Program-made: the position numbers and the translations under genes | Source of the DNA: an uncultured Hyphomicrobiales bacterium | Lineage (GTDB): Bacteria > Pseudomonadota > Alphaproteobacteria > Rhizobiales > Aestuariivirgaceae | Assembly (NCBI GenBank): GCA_902826365.1 | Contig: CADEEO010000003.1 | Span: 1-54,160 of the forward strand | DNA length: 54,160 bases | Direction: 5' to 3' | In this document: piece by piece, positions 19,186 through 29,708 of the stretch | Position numbering within the stretch: the stretch's first letter is position 1 | How the letters are laid out: each line of letters opens with the position of its first letter | The notes under the pieces: generated by a model | Databases searched by the model: none | Seen by the model: the letters and a program-made list of their open reading frames with translations, nothing else | What the model was told of the DNA's origin: nothing

Positions 19186-20373
19186 TCAGTTTCCCCTTGT
19201 GCTTTCCAGTAATTCTTCCCGTGTCGATGTGAAGTCCGAGGCTATACAGTAATCTTCCAGCCGCTTGAGTTCGCGCCCCAAATCCGGACCCGATGGAAAG
19301 CCCTGCGCAAGCAGATCGCGCCCCGATATGGGGAAGCTCGGCACCACCCAGCGCCCCGGTAATTTCAGCATGCGCTCCCATGCGCGGTCCGTGAGCGGAG
19401 CCCGCGATCTTGCCCAGGCCAGGTGAACGCTGTCACGCCACGCCTCGGCACCCATGGCATAGAGCAGTTTCTGCTGCTCATTCTCCCGCAGCTTGGGCGT
19501 GAGCACCGTGCCTTGCAAAAGCGCCTCAATGCGCCGGGCTTGATTGTTCGAGAGCCGCCACGCCTCGCGCAAACCTTCCGGTTTTTTGGCAAGCGCGAAA
19601 GCCCGGAGCAGCGGGTCAGCCGGCAGGCGCTGGATCACCCGGAAATCCTGCGTATGCTCCAGAATGTTCTTCAGCACCTTATGTTTCGCCATCAGCTTGA
19701 GCACCGGAACGGCCTTCGGCCCCACTAGCAGCTTGAACATTTCCCGCGCAATGCGCTCAGCCGAAAGCCCCAGCAGGCCCTTTTTCAGGCGCACGCATGC
19801 CGCAAGGCCGGCCCTGTCTGGCGTCATTTTTTCATAAGCCGCAAGGAAACGGAAAAAGCGCAGGATGCGCAGGTAATCTTCCCTGATGCGGGCGGCCGGC
19901 GCTCCGACAAAGATGATTCTCCTTCGCAGGATATCCGCGTAACCCCCGGCGTAATCATGGATTTTCCCGGCGGCGTCGCAATACAACGCATTAATCGTGA
20001 AATCGCGGCGCAGCGCATCTGCCTTCCAGTCATCGGTGAAAGCCACAACCGCGCGCCTCCCGTCGGTCACCACATCCCGGCGGAGCGTAGTGATCTCGTA
20101 GGGCTTGTGGTCAACCACGGCAGTCACCGTGCCATGCTCAATGCCAGTGGGATGAACCGAAATGCCGGCCGCCTTGAAAGCCGTCATCACGTTTTGCGGT
20201 GCCAATGTCGTGGCAATATCGATGTCGCCAATGGCCTCGCCCTGCAGCGCATTGCGCACCGCCCCTCCGGCCACGCGCGCTTCCCCGCCGGCTCCTGCCA
20301 CCAAGGCAAAGACGCGCTGCAGGCTTGGCTCTTTCAGCCAGCGGGCACGGGCGAGCGAGGGCAGCTTGGTCAT
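19186..20373 (-). CDS. cca: CCA tRNA nucleotidyltransferase
   Basis: GGAVRN, DIDIAT, EITTLRRD, DALRRDFTINAL, RIREDYLRILRFFRF, SAERI. Confidence 0.92.
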   Translation of the reverse strand: MTKLPSLARARWLKEPSLQRVFALVAGAGGEARVAGGAVRNALQGEAIGDIDIATTLAPQNVMTAFKAAGISVHPTGIEHGTVTAVVDHKPYEITTLRRDVVTDGRRAVVAFTDDWKADALRRDFTINALYCDAAGKIHDYAGGYADILRRRIIFVGAPAARIREDYLRILRFFRFLAAYEKMTPDRAGLAACVRLKKGLLGLSAERIAREMFKLLVGPKAVPVLKLMAKHKVLKNILEHTQDFRVIQRLPADPLLRAFALAKKPEGLREAWRLSNNQARRIEALLQGTVLTPKLRENEQQKLLYAMGAEAWRDSVHLAWARSRAPLTDRAWERMLKLPGRWVVPSFPISGRDLLAQGFPSGPDLGRELKRLEDYCIASDFTSTREELLESTRGN

Positions 20374-20990
20374 GCGTAGAGCCGATCATAAAGATTGCGG
20401 ATCATGCCCGCCGTTGCCCCCCAGATATAGCGCTCTTCGTAAGGCATGGCATAGAAGAAGCGCTGCTTGCCCTGCCATTCGCGCGAATGGGTTTCATGGT
20501 TCTCCGGCGTCATCAGGAAGCGCAAGGGCACTTCAAACACGGCGGCAACTTCGCTTTCCTGCGGCGTCACCGTAAACCCCGGCCGCACCAGCGCCACCAC
20601 CGGCACCACCTGATAAGCGGTTCCCGTGAGATAACTGTCAAGAAATCCCAACGGCTCCACAAAGGCCCGCGCCAATCCGGTCTCTTCCTCCGCCTCGCGC
20701 AGCGCCGCGGCAATCGCATCCGCATCATCCGCATCAATGCGGCCACCCGGGAAAGCCACTTGCCCGCCATGGCTTGAAAGATGATGTGTGCGCTGCGTGA
20801 GCAGTACGGTCACCTCAGGCTCGCGCAGCACAATGGGCACCAGCACGGCAGCGGGCTTTGCCTTCACGCCAGCCGGAATGATCGGCGCGACCTTGTTCAT
20901 GTCATCATCGCTGCGTTCATGCTTCAGCGGAACTTCATGCAACAAGCCCTTCACTGCACGCCGCCGAATTTCCGCCTCGTTAAATTTCAT
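20370..20990 (-). CDS. CoA pyrophosphatase (Nudix, NudL-like)
   Basis: AAVLVP, LLTQR, GQVAFPGG...AALREAEEETG, IWGATA. ATG 20990 is preferred over the ORF-track start. Confidence 0.9.
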   Translation of the reverse strand: MKFNEAEIRRRAVKGLLHEVPLKHERSDDDMNKVAPIIPAGVKAKPAAVLVPIVLREPEVTVLLTQRTHHLSSHGGQVAFPGGRIDADDADAIAAALREAEEETGLARAFVEPLGFLDSYLTGTAYQVVPVVALVRPGFTVTPQESEVAAVFEVPLRFLMTPENHETHSREWQGKQRFFYAMPYEERYIWGATAGMIRNLYDRLYA

Positions 20991-21552
20991 CGGCGCGCTG
21001 CATTGGAAAAAACTCGCCCGACGACCACACGCCAAACCATTCACCCTCAACCCTGCCCTTGGCCACCAGATCATAAAACAGCGCCCGCGATACCAGCGCC
21101 TCAAGCCGCGCCCGCACCAGAACATAGGGCTTCAGTCCGGAGGTTCCAGCTTCCGTTTCAAAGCGCAAGGGGTGCTCCCTGTTGACGGTCACCTCGTCAT
21201 CCACATTGGTTTCAAAGGAGATGATCTGGGCCTTGCCCTCCCCCGCGGTGTTCATCCGGATGGCTAGAAAGGGCGCATCATCCACCCGGATGCCGCATTT
21301 TTCCACAGGCGTGACGAGGTAATACTTTCCGTCATCATCATGGCGCAGGACCGAGGCAAAGAGCTTGAACAGGGGTTTGCGGCCAATCGGCGAATTCATG
21401 TAAAACCACGTGCCGTCGGCCGCAATGCGCATGTCGAGATCGCCGCAAAACGGCGGATTCCACAGGTGAACCGGGGGCAGGCCCTTGCCCTTGGCAGTTG
21501 CCTCCTTCAGGCCCTGCAATGGATTGCTTGCATCCCTAGCAACCGTCGTCAT
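20980..21552 (-). CDS. DUF1285 domain protein
   Basis: PPVHLWNPPFCGDLDMRI, LVTPVEK, VDDAPF, KPYV. Confidence 0.88.
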   Translation of the reverse strand: MTTVARDASNPLQGLKEATAKGKGLPPVHLWNPPFCGDLDMRIAADGTWFYMNSPIGRKPLFKLFASVLRHDDDGKYYLVTPVEKCGIRVDDAPFLAIRMNTAGEGKAQIISFETNVDDEVTVNREHPLRFETEAGTSGLKPYVLVRARLEALVSRALFYDLVAKGRVEGEWFGVWSSGEFFPMQRADEI

Positions 21553-21685
21553 GATATACCCGTCCAGACCATAAATGAGTCGCAAATTGCCGTCTTTATT
21601 AAGCCATTCTCCTTCACGAGGATGTCATTAACAACAATTCATTTCCCCTGCCATATCAGGGGCGTAGCAAATTATAGTAGGGCTC

Positions 21686-22684
<999 letters not shown>

Positions 22685-22696
22685 AGCGCGCCGCTC

Positions 22697-23599
22697 ATGA
22701 AGGCCATTCCTTCACTGGTCTTGAATGAGCGCGCCAATGCGGCGTCAAATACCTTGCCGCCTTTGTTGGTGGAAGCGGAACGCATTGCCGCGACCGTGAT
22801 GCAAGGCATCCATGGCCGCAAACGCGCCGGCCCGGGCGAAAGCTTCTGGCAATACCGCGCTTACGGCTTTGGCGATTCAACCAGCCGCATCGACTGGCGG
22901 AAATCGGCGCGCTCCTCCCATGTCTTCATCCGTGAAAATGAATGGGAAGCCGCCAACACCCTGTGGCTCTGGGCGGCGCCCACAAAGTCCATGGATTTCA
23001 AATCCCACCTCAGCAAGGCAACCAAGCGCGACCGCGCCTATCTCACCGCCCTTGCCATGGCAAGCCTCGCACTTCGCGCGCAGGAACGGGTGGGATTGAT
23101 CGGCAGCCCGCACCGGGCAAGCCACGCACGCGGCGCCCTGGTGCCCATGGCCACCTGGCTGTTGCGCAATGAGGGGGCAAGCCTTCCCCAATCGCAGCAT
23201 TTGCAAAAATTCTCCAGCGTCGTGCTCCTCGGTGACTTCCTTGAGAAGCCGGAAGACATTGCCGCAACCGTGCGGAGCCTCGCATCGCGCGGCGTCTCCG
23301 GCCACATTGTCCAGATCATCGATCCCGCGGAAGAAACGTTGCCCTATGATGGCCGCGTCGAATTCCGCGACATGGATGGCCCGCTCAAATATCTTGCCGG
23401 CAAAACCGAACTCCTGCGCGACGCCTATATCGAAAAATTTGCAAACCAGCGCGAGGCCGTGCGCCGCATTGCCCATGGCGTAAGCTGGACCTTCACGCTC
23501 CACCACACGGATCAATCGCCGGCAAAGCTTCTGATGATGCTGCATGGTCTGGTCGGCGGGGCAAAAAGCCGGGCCTTTGATTTGGGCGGCATCGCATGA
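22697..23599 (+). CDS. DUF58 domain protein
   Basis: GIHGRKRAGPGESFWQYRAY, IDWRKSAR; follows moxR. Confidence 0.9.
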   Translation: MKAIPSLVLNERANAASNTLPPLLVEAERIAATVMQGIHGRKRAGPGESFWQYRAYGFGDSTSRIDWRKSARSSHVFIRENEWEAANTLWLWAAPTKSMDFKSHLSKATKRDRAYLTALAMASLALRAQERVGLIGSPHRASHARGALVPMATWLLRNEGASLPQSQHLQKFSSVVLLGDFLEKPEDIAATVRSLASRGVSGHIVQIIDPAEETLPYDGRVEFRDMDGPLKYLAGKTELLRDAYIEKFANQREAVRRIAHGVSWTFTLHHTDQSPAKLLMMLHGLVGGAKSRAFDLGGIA

Positions 23600-26376
23600 T
23601 GGCCTTCCTTCAGGCCCTTACTTTCACCACGCCCGTGGCACTCGCGGGGCTTCTGCTGCTGCCCGTCATCTGGTGGCTGCTGCGCTTTACCCCGCCCAAG
23701 CCCCAGACCGTAAAATTTCCCCCGCTGCGCCTGCTCCTCGAACTGGTCAGCAAGCACGAGCAGCCCGACAAGACCCCCTGGTGGCTGATGCTGCTGCGTT
23801 TGGCGATAGCGGCGCTCGTCATTCTCGGTGTGTCCCATCCCTTCTACGCGCCCGGGCAAACGGCGGCAGCAAACAGCGCACCGCTCCTCATCATCCTTGA
23901 TGACACCTGGGCCGCAACGAAGGACTGGACTCTCCGCCGCACCATGCTGAATGAAATTGTGAATGAGGCGCGTGAAAGCGATGTGACCCTCACGCTGGCA
24001 ACAACCGCTCCCTCCGCCCGCGAGGTGGATATTGTGGCGCGGGATGCCGATGCCACGCTCAAGCAGATCGCCGCCCTGGAACCCAAGGCCCTGGGACCGG
24101 ACCGCGCAAAACTTCTGGCGCGCCTTAAAACCAGTTTTGCCGCCGCCACCTCCTTGCATGTCATATGGCTTAGCGATGGCCTGGATCAAGCCTCCGCCAC
24201 GGCCTTTGCCGAAGGCCTCACCGGCCTTGCCGGGGGCGCAGCTCAAGTTGATGCCATCATGCCTGATGCCGCGGCGCTGCCGATGGCCTTTGCAATACCG
24301 ACAACTGAGGGCGGCCAGTTCAAGGCCCATCTCCTGCGCCCCTCATCCAGCATTCCCGCGCGCGAAACAAACATCCGTGCCGTTGCCGCCAATGGCCGGA
24401 GCCTTGCCGAGGTCAAGGCGACGTTCGCGGCGAATACCGCGCAAGCCGAAGCAACGCTCGACCTGCCCATCGAACTCCGCAACGAAGTGCAGCGCCTGGA
24501 AATTCTGGGCGAAAGCAATGCGGCGGCAACTTTTCTCTTCGATGACCGATGGCGGCGCAAGACCATCGCTTTGCAATCCGGCAGTTCGCTGGAAGACGCC
24601 CAGCCCCTGCTCTCGCCGCTCTATTATGTCTCCCGCGCCCTTGAACCCTATGCGCAGATCACCGAACCGGAAAATGCGGCGCAATTGAAGGAGCAGCTTG
24701 AAGCGGGCCTCTCCATGCTGGTGCTGGCCGACATCGGCGTGATCCCTGCCGAAACGGCAGACGCCATTAATCCGTGGTTGGAGCGCGGCGGCGTGCTGCT
24801 GCGCTTTGCCGGCCCCCGCATGGCGGGCGCCCAGGATGAACTTGTGCCCGTCACTCTGCGCAGCGGCGGCCGCGCTTTGGGCTCCGCCCTGAGCTGGGAA
24901 GAGCCGCAGGCCTTGCAGGCCTTCCCCGATAGCGGTCCCTTTGCTGGGCTGCCCCTTGACCAGAATGTCACCGTATCGCGCCAGGTGCTGGCCGAACCGG
25001 ACATGGATTTGCCCGACAAGGTCTGGGCTAGCCTTGCCGATGGCACGCCGCTGGTCACCGCCAAGCGCCAGGGCAACGGCCTCATCGTGCTCTTCCATGT
25101 AACCGCCAATGCCGACTGGTCGAACCTGCCGCTCTCCGGCCTCTTCGTGGAAATGCTGCGCCGGATCAATGACCTTGCTCCCGGTGCGGGCGGCGGGGCT
25201 GCCGCAGGCGCATCGAGCAGCGATGACCGCGCCACCGCCTTTATCCCGCGCCTTGCCCTTTCGGCGGCAGGTGAACTCATCGAGCCCCTGCCCGATTCCA
25301 AACCCATTTCACCCGCCGACATCGAAAAGGCAAAGCCCACGCCGGAAACCCCGGCCGGCCTTTACAACCGCGCCAGCGCTGAACGCGCCATCAATCTCCT
25401 GCCTGATACCGAAGCCATGATGGCGATCACAACGCTTCCCAATAATGTAACGCTTCGCTCCTTCGCCTCGGCTCCGCGCCAGCGCCTAGCCCCCCTGCTT
25501 TTTACGCTCGCGTTTCTGTTGTTCCTTGGCGATACTCTGGCTGCCCTTTTCCTCGGCGGTGGCTGGCACCGCCTGCGCAACATGGCTACGGCCCTTCTCA
25601 TTTTGCTCGTTGTTCCGAACGACCATGCCATGGCCCAGGCGGCTGATGATTTTGCCCAGAAGGCAACCCAGGAAACCCGTCTTGCCTTCGTCCGCACCGG
25701 CGATGACACGGTGGATAGCATCAGCGAAGAGGGGCTGAAGGGTCTTGGCCTCATCCTGAGCGACCGGACCTCAGTCATTCCGGGCAGTCCCATTGGCGTT
25801 AATATCGAAAGCGATGAAATCGTCTTCTTCCCGCTGGTCTATTGGCCCGTGCTGGATAACGCTCCCGTGCCAACCCCCGCGACTCTTGCCAAGATGGATG
25901 CCTACATGAAAAACGGCGGCACCATTTTCTTCGATCTCCGCGATGATGCCTCGGGGCTCGAGAGCCTGACAGGCGCTCCGGGCCCAACCGAGGCGCTGCG
26001 CCGCATTCTGGCGAAGCTGGATATTCCCCCGCTTGAGCCCGTGCCTGAAAACCACGTGATCACCAAGGCTTTCTATCTCATGCGCGATTTTCCCGGCCGC
26101 TATGCCCGCGGGCAATTGTGGGTGGAGCGCAGCGATGCCACAACAACCAACAATGTTGATGGCGTGAGTTCCATTATCATCGGCAGCAACGATTACGCCG
26201 CCGCCTGGGCCATGGATGGCAACAGCAATCCGCTCTACGCCGTCATCCCCGGCAACGACCGCCAGCGCGAAATGGCCTTCCGCACCGGCATCAACATCGT
26301 GATGTATGCGCTGACGGGAAACTACAAGGCCGACCAGGTTCACATTCCGGCCCTACTGGAAAGGCTGGGGCAGTAG
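23596..26376 (+). CDS. Membrane protein with N-terminal BatA-like and C-terminal DUF4159 domains
   Basis: LPVIWWLLRFTPP..FPP at the N-terminus; FFPLVYWP, GGTIFFD and GINIVMYALTGNYKADQVH at the C-terminus. Confidence 0.85.
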   Translation: MMAFLQALTFTTPVALAGLLLLPVIWWLLRFTPPKPQTVKFPPLRLLLELVSKHEQPDKTPWWLMLLRLAIAALVILGVSHPFYAPGQTAAANSAPLLIILDDTWAATKDWTLRRTMLNEIVNEARESDVTLTLATTAPSAREVDIVARDADATLKQIAALEPKALGPDRAKLLARLKTSFAAATSLHVIWLSDGLDQASATAFAEGLTGLAGGAAQVDAIMPDAAALPMAFAIPTTEGGQFKAHLLRPSSSIPARETNIRAVAANGRSLAEVKATFAANTAQAEATLDLPIELRNEVQRLEILGESNAAATFLFDDRWRRKTIALQSGSSLEDAQPLLSPLYYVSRALEPYAQITEPENAAQLKEQLEAGLSMLVLADIGVIPAETADAINPWLERGGVLLRFAGPRMAGAQDELVPVTLRSGGRALGSALSWEEPQALQAFPDSGPFAGLPLDQNVTVSRQVLAEPDMDLPDKVWASLADGTPLVTAKRQGNGLIVLFHVTANADWSNLPLSGLFVEMLRRINDLAPGAGGGAAAGASSSDDRATAFIPRLALSAAGELIEPLPDSKPISPADIEKAKPTPETPAGLYNRASAERAINLLPDTEAMMAITTLPNNVTLRSFASAPRQRLAPLLFTLAFLLFLGDTLAALFLGGGWHRLRNMATALLILLVVPNDHAMAQAADDFAQKATQETRLAFVRTGDDTVDSISEEGLKGLGLILSDRTSVIPGSPIGVNIESDEIVFFPLVYWPVLDNAPVPTPATLAKMDAYMKNGGTIFFDLRDDASGLESLTGAPGPTEALRRILAKLDIPPLEPVPENHVITKAFYLMRDFPGRYARGQLWVERSDATTTNNVDGVSSIIIGSNDYAAAWAMDGNSNPLYAVIPGNDRQREMAFRTGINIVMYALTGNYKADQVHIPALLERLGQ

Positions 26377-26377
26377 C

Positions 26378-28435
26378 ATGAATTTCACCCTGACATTCGC
26401 CCCGCTTCTTCCCCTGCTTTGGCTTTCCGCGCTTGGCGTGGCGGGCCTTGTCCTGATCGCAATCTCAGCCTTCGCGCGAACCCGTGGCTGGTGGCTGAGA
26501 GGCTTAGCGCTGGCCCTCCTGCTCGCAAGCCTGTCGAACCCCACCCTGCGCCACGAAGACCGCGAAGCCCTGAATGACATCGCCGTTGCCGTCATTGACC
26601 GCAGCCAGAGTCAACTGGCGGGTGAACGCATGAAACAGGCTGATGAAACGGAAACAGCCCTCAAGTCTGCTGCGGCAACACTGGGCGATACCGAATTACG
26701 GGTGGTGACCGTGCAATCCGGTTTGAACCCGCAGGAGGATGGCACCCGGCTGTTCACTGCTCTCAACCGGGCGCTGAGCGATATTCCGCCTGAACGTTTT
26801 GCTGGCGCCCTGATGGTGACTGACGGCCAGGTGCATGACGTTCCCCCCGATGCGGCCAAGAGCGGCATCAACGGCCCGGTGCACGGCCTGCTGACCGGCA
26901 GCCAGAATGAACGTGACCGCCGCGTGGTGATCGAACAGGCCCCGCGCTTCGGCATTGTCGGCAACGCGCAGATCCTGCGCTTTCGCGTCGATGATGTGGG
27001 CGGCGGCGGCCAGCCCATTGATGTAGCGATCAAGCTCGGCACTGGCACACCGCAAAGCCTGACGGTGACGCCGGGCGTGAGCGCTGAAGTTCCCATTACG
27101 CTCGACCACGGCGGGCAGAACATCGCGGAGATTGTGGCGCCGCCCATGCCCAATGAAATATCGCTGGAAAACAACCGCGCCATCGCCGTGGTCGAAGGCA
27201 TCCGTGACCGCCTGCGGGTGCTGCTGGTGTCCGGCGAGCCCCACCCCGGCGAGCGCACCTGGCGCAACCTGTTGAAAGCCGATGCCTCGGTTGACCTCGT
27301 GCATTTCACCATTCTGCGCCCGCCGGAAAAGCAGGATGGCACGCCCATCAATGAACTCGCCCTCATTGCCTTCCCAACCCGCGAGCTGTTTGTCGAAAAG
27401 CTCGATCAATTCGATCTGGTGATTTTTGACCGCTATCACCGCGAGGCGGTTCTGCCCGAAGCCTACATCATGCAGATCGCCCGCTACGTGAATGAAGGCG
27501 GCGCCCTGCTGGTGGCGGCAGGCCCCGAATTCGCCATGAACGACGGCCTCTACAGCACTCCCATGGCCGATGTGCTGGCGGCCTCGCCCACCGGCGAAGT
27601 GCTCGATGGCGCATTTCGCCCAAAGATGACCAAGCCCGGCACGCGCCACCCGGTAACCGGCGGCCTGCCCGGCGGTGAAGTCACAACTCCCACCTGGGGC
27701 AAGTGGTTTCGTGTCGTTGAAACCACCGCGCCTGAAACCGAAACGCTTATGTCCGGCCTTGCCGACTCTCCGCTGCTGGTGCTCTCGCGCCGCGACGAAG
27801 GCCGTGCCGCCCAGCTTCTCTCCGACCAAAGCTGGCTCTGGGCCCGGGGCTATGATGGCGGCGGCCCGCAAACCGAGTTGCTGCGCCGCCTCGCCCACTG
27901 GCTGATGAAGGAACCTGACCTGGAAGAAGAGGCCCTGACCGGCAGGCAACTGGGCCGTGAACTCACCATCACCCGCCGCACCATGGCGGACAAGGCGGAA
28001 CCGGTAACGGTTACCGCGCCATCTGGTGCTGCCTCGACCGTGGCCCTCACGGAAAAAACCCCGGGCCTGTGGCAGGGCAGCCTGAAGGTCGATGAGGCCG
28101 GCATGTACGCCTTGAATGATGGCAAGCTGCAGGCCGTGGCCGCAGCCGCTGCCGGGGATGCCCGCGAGGCGCAGGACATTCTTGCAACTCCTGCCAAGCT
28201 CGCGCCCATTGCAAAAGCAACCGGCGGCGGCGTGGCCTGGCTTGAAGACGGCGTGCCGCGCCTCATTAAAATTTCAGGCGACAGGCAAATGGCAGGCGCC
28301 GGCTGGCTGGGCCTGAAAGCCAATGGCGCTTACCGCGTCACCGCCGTGAGCGAAGTTCCCTTGTTTGCCTCGCTATTGGCGCTCGGCGCTTTGCTTCTGG
28401 CGTTCTGCCTGATGTGGTACCGCGAAGGGCACTGA
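26378..28435 (+). CDS. Conserved membrane protein with a glutamine-amidotransferase-like domain (MoxR cluster)
   Basis: VIDRSQSQ, TDGQVHD, VLLVSGEPHPGERTWRNLLKAD, DLVHFTILRPP; TM segments at both ends. Confidence 0.8.
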   Translation: MNFTLTFAPLLPLLWLSALGVAGLVLIAISAFARTRGWWLRGLALALLLASLSNPTLRHEDREALNDIAVAVIDRSQSQLAGERMKQADETETALKSAAATLGDTELRVVTVQSGLNPQEDGTRLFTALNRALSDIPPERFAGALMVTDGQVHDVPPDAAKSGINGPVHGLLTGSQNERDRRVVIEQAPRFGIVGNAQILRFRVDDVGGGGQPIDVAIKLGTGTPQSLTVTPGVSAEVPITLDHGGQNIAEIVAPPMPNEISLENNRAIAVVEGIRDRLRVLLVSGEPHPGERTWRNLLKADASVDLVHFTILRPPEKQDGTPINELALIAFPTRELFVEKLDQFDLVIFDRYHREAVLPEAYIMQIARYVNEGGALLVAAGPEFAMNDGLYSTPMADVLAASPTGEVLDGAFRPKMTKPGTRHPVTGGLPGGEVTTPTWGKWFRVVETTAPETETLMSGLADSPLLVLSRRDEGRAAQLLSDQSWLWARGYDGGGPQTELLRRLAHWLMKEPDLEEEALTGRQLGRELTITRRTMADKAEPVTVTAPSGAASTVALTEKTPGLWQGSLKVDEAGMYALNDGKLQAVAAAAAGDAREAQDILATPAKLAPIAKATGGGVAWLEDGVPRLIKISGDRQMAGAGWLGLKANGAYRVTAVSEVPLFASLLALGALLLAFCLMWYREGH

Positions 28436-28954
28436 TATTTCCGCAAAGCGATGCGGCGGCAGAACCAATCCATGCGCCAAAGCCAAAGCGCCGGGAACAA
28501 GTTCAACATAAAGAAAACGCTGGGGATCAACTGGCCCCGGCATGAGCAACTGCTCTTCCGGCAATTTCTGGAAACCAACGCGCGCATAATAGGGTGCGTC
28601 ACCCACCAGAATGACCAGTTTGTGGCCCCGTGCCTTGGCACGGGCCAGGCCCTCCTGCATGAGGGTCAATCCAACACCAAGATTCTGCCGCTGGGGATGC
28701 ACCACCAGGGGGCCAAGCAGCAGGGCTGGCGTTCCCGTGCTGCCGATGGCAAGCGGCCAAAAACTGATGGATCCCGCCACGCCAACCTCCGCATCGCGGA
28801 CAACCAGGGACAGCCCGTCGGCAGGAGCGCTGCCTTCCCGCAGGCGGTAGGAAGTCTTAGTCCGGCGGTCGATGCCAAAGGCAATGTCGAGCAATTGCTC
28901 AATGAGGGGCTGGTCGGTTGCTTTTGTATTTTCAACGGGAAACGGGGCGGCCAT
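28373..28954 (-). CDS. GNAT N-acetyltransferase (YhbS-like)
   Basis: KTSYRLREG, LLLGPLVVHPQRQNLGVG, ILVGDAPYYARVGF. The start could be 28954 or 28969. Confidence 0.88.
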   Translation of the reverse strand: MAAPFPVENTKATDQPLIEQLLDIAFGIDRRTKTSYRLREGSAPADGLSLVVRDAEVGVAGSISFWPLAIGSTGTPALLLGPLVVHPQRQNLGVGLTLMQEGLARAKARGHKLVILVGDAPYYARVGFQKLPEEQLLMPGPVDPQRFLYVELVPGALALAHGLVLPPHRFAEISVPFAVPHQAERQKQSAERQ

Positions 28955-29029
28955 CGTGATGAATTCCATGTCAATTGTTTTGGGAGCCTGGCCCCAATTC
29001 ACAGGATCACGAGTAAAGGTGAAGGAATC

Positions 29030-29107
29030 CTATGCGGTCCAGGCAAGCGAAAGGGCAGCAGCAGCGCTGGCTCGTCGTCGCAAGCAAATGGTGGCCGATA
29101 GGTTCAT
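29030..29107 (-). CDS. Putative leaderless leader peptide MNLSATICLRRRASAAAALSLAWTA, with RRR encoded CGA-CGA-CGA
   Basis: ATG 29107 to TAG 29030; TTG CGA CGA CGA in frame. The promoter-like TTGACC-N17-TATGCG ends 7 nt before the ATG, and there is no SD. Confidence 0.55.
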   Translation of the reverse strand: MNLSATICLRRRASAAAALSLAWTA

Positions 29108-29114
29108 GGGAGGC

Positions 29115-29143
29115 CGCATACAAGGCGAAGGCGTTAAGGTCAA
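29115..29143 (-). promoter_or_regulatory. Putative sigma70 promoter for the uORF-GNAT transcript
   Basis: -35 TTGACC at 29143-29138, exactly 17 nt, then -10 TATGCG at 29120-29115. Confidence 0.5.
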
Positions 29144-29147
29144 GGGC

Positions 29148-29618
29148 CTACCAGGTGCGGGCAACTTCGCGATTGGTGATAATCTCTTCAAGCCGCCGCC
29201 GGGTCCCGCCTGTTGTGCCCTCCGGCAATTGGTCAACCGCAAAAAACTGCATATGGGATACTTCAAGTGACGGCTTCCATGGCTCCTGGATAAATTTGCG
29301 CAAGGTCAGCACCGCCACATGGTCGCCTGGAAATTGGCTATCATTCAGGAAAATCCCCTTCAGAACCGGCTCCTCCTCCGCGATGATCCCGGCCTCTTCC
29401 CGGATTTCACGTTTGGCCGAATCAAAAATTGTCTCGCCCCGTTCCACCCCGCCGCCGGGCAAAAGCCAGCCCGGACCATAGGAATGCCTGATCAGCAGGA
29501 CCCGGTTTTCCCCGTCAAAAACCGCCGTTCGCGTGCCCAGCGTGAGGCCCCGGGTTTGCCGGTAGAGGGGCTGCAAGACAGTCTTTGAGGCTATTCTGAG
29601 GAATGTCCGTTTGATCAT
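29148..29618 (-). CDS. NUDIX hydrolase
   Basis: Nudix box PGGGVERGETIFDSAKREIREEAG, plus GLTLG and DHV. Confidence 0.9.
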   Translation of the reverse strand: MIKRTFLRIASKTVLQPLYRQTRGLTLGTRTAVFDGENRVLLIRHSYGPGWLLPGGGVERGETIFDSAKREIREEAGIIAEEEPVLKGIFLNDSQFPGDHVAVLTLRKFIQEPWKPSLEVSHMQFFAVDQLPEGTTGGTRRRLEEIITNREVARTW

Positions 29619-29708
29619 CGGCGGCAGTTAAACGCGCCAAGCTTGAGTTCGCAAGGCTTAGGCTCTATTGCTCCGCACGCAAACCTGACCGCATGGCCCA
29701 ATCCATTC

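Noticed and set aside
21599-21640. CtrA-like TTAA sites between DUF1285 and moxR
   Set aside because: There is no TTAA-N7-TTAA arrangement.
28373-28435. 63-bp convergent overlap between the GNAT and membrane-protein genes (also 22 bp at 4346-4367)
   Set aside because: Short tail-to-tail overlaps are common in compact GC-rich genomes and show no further signal.
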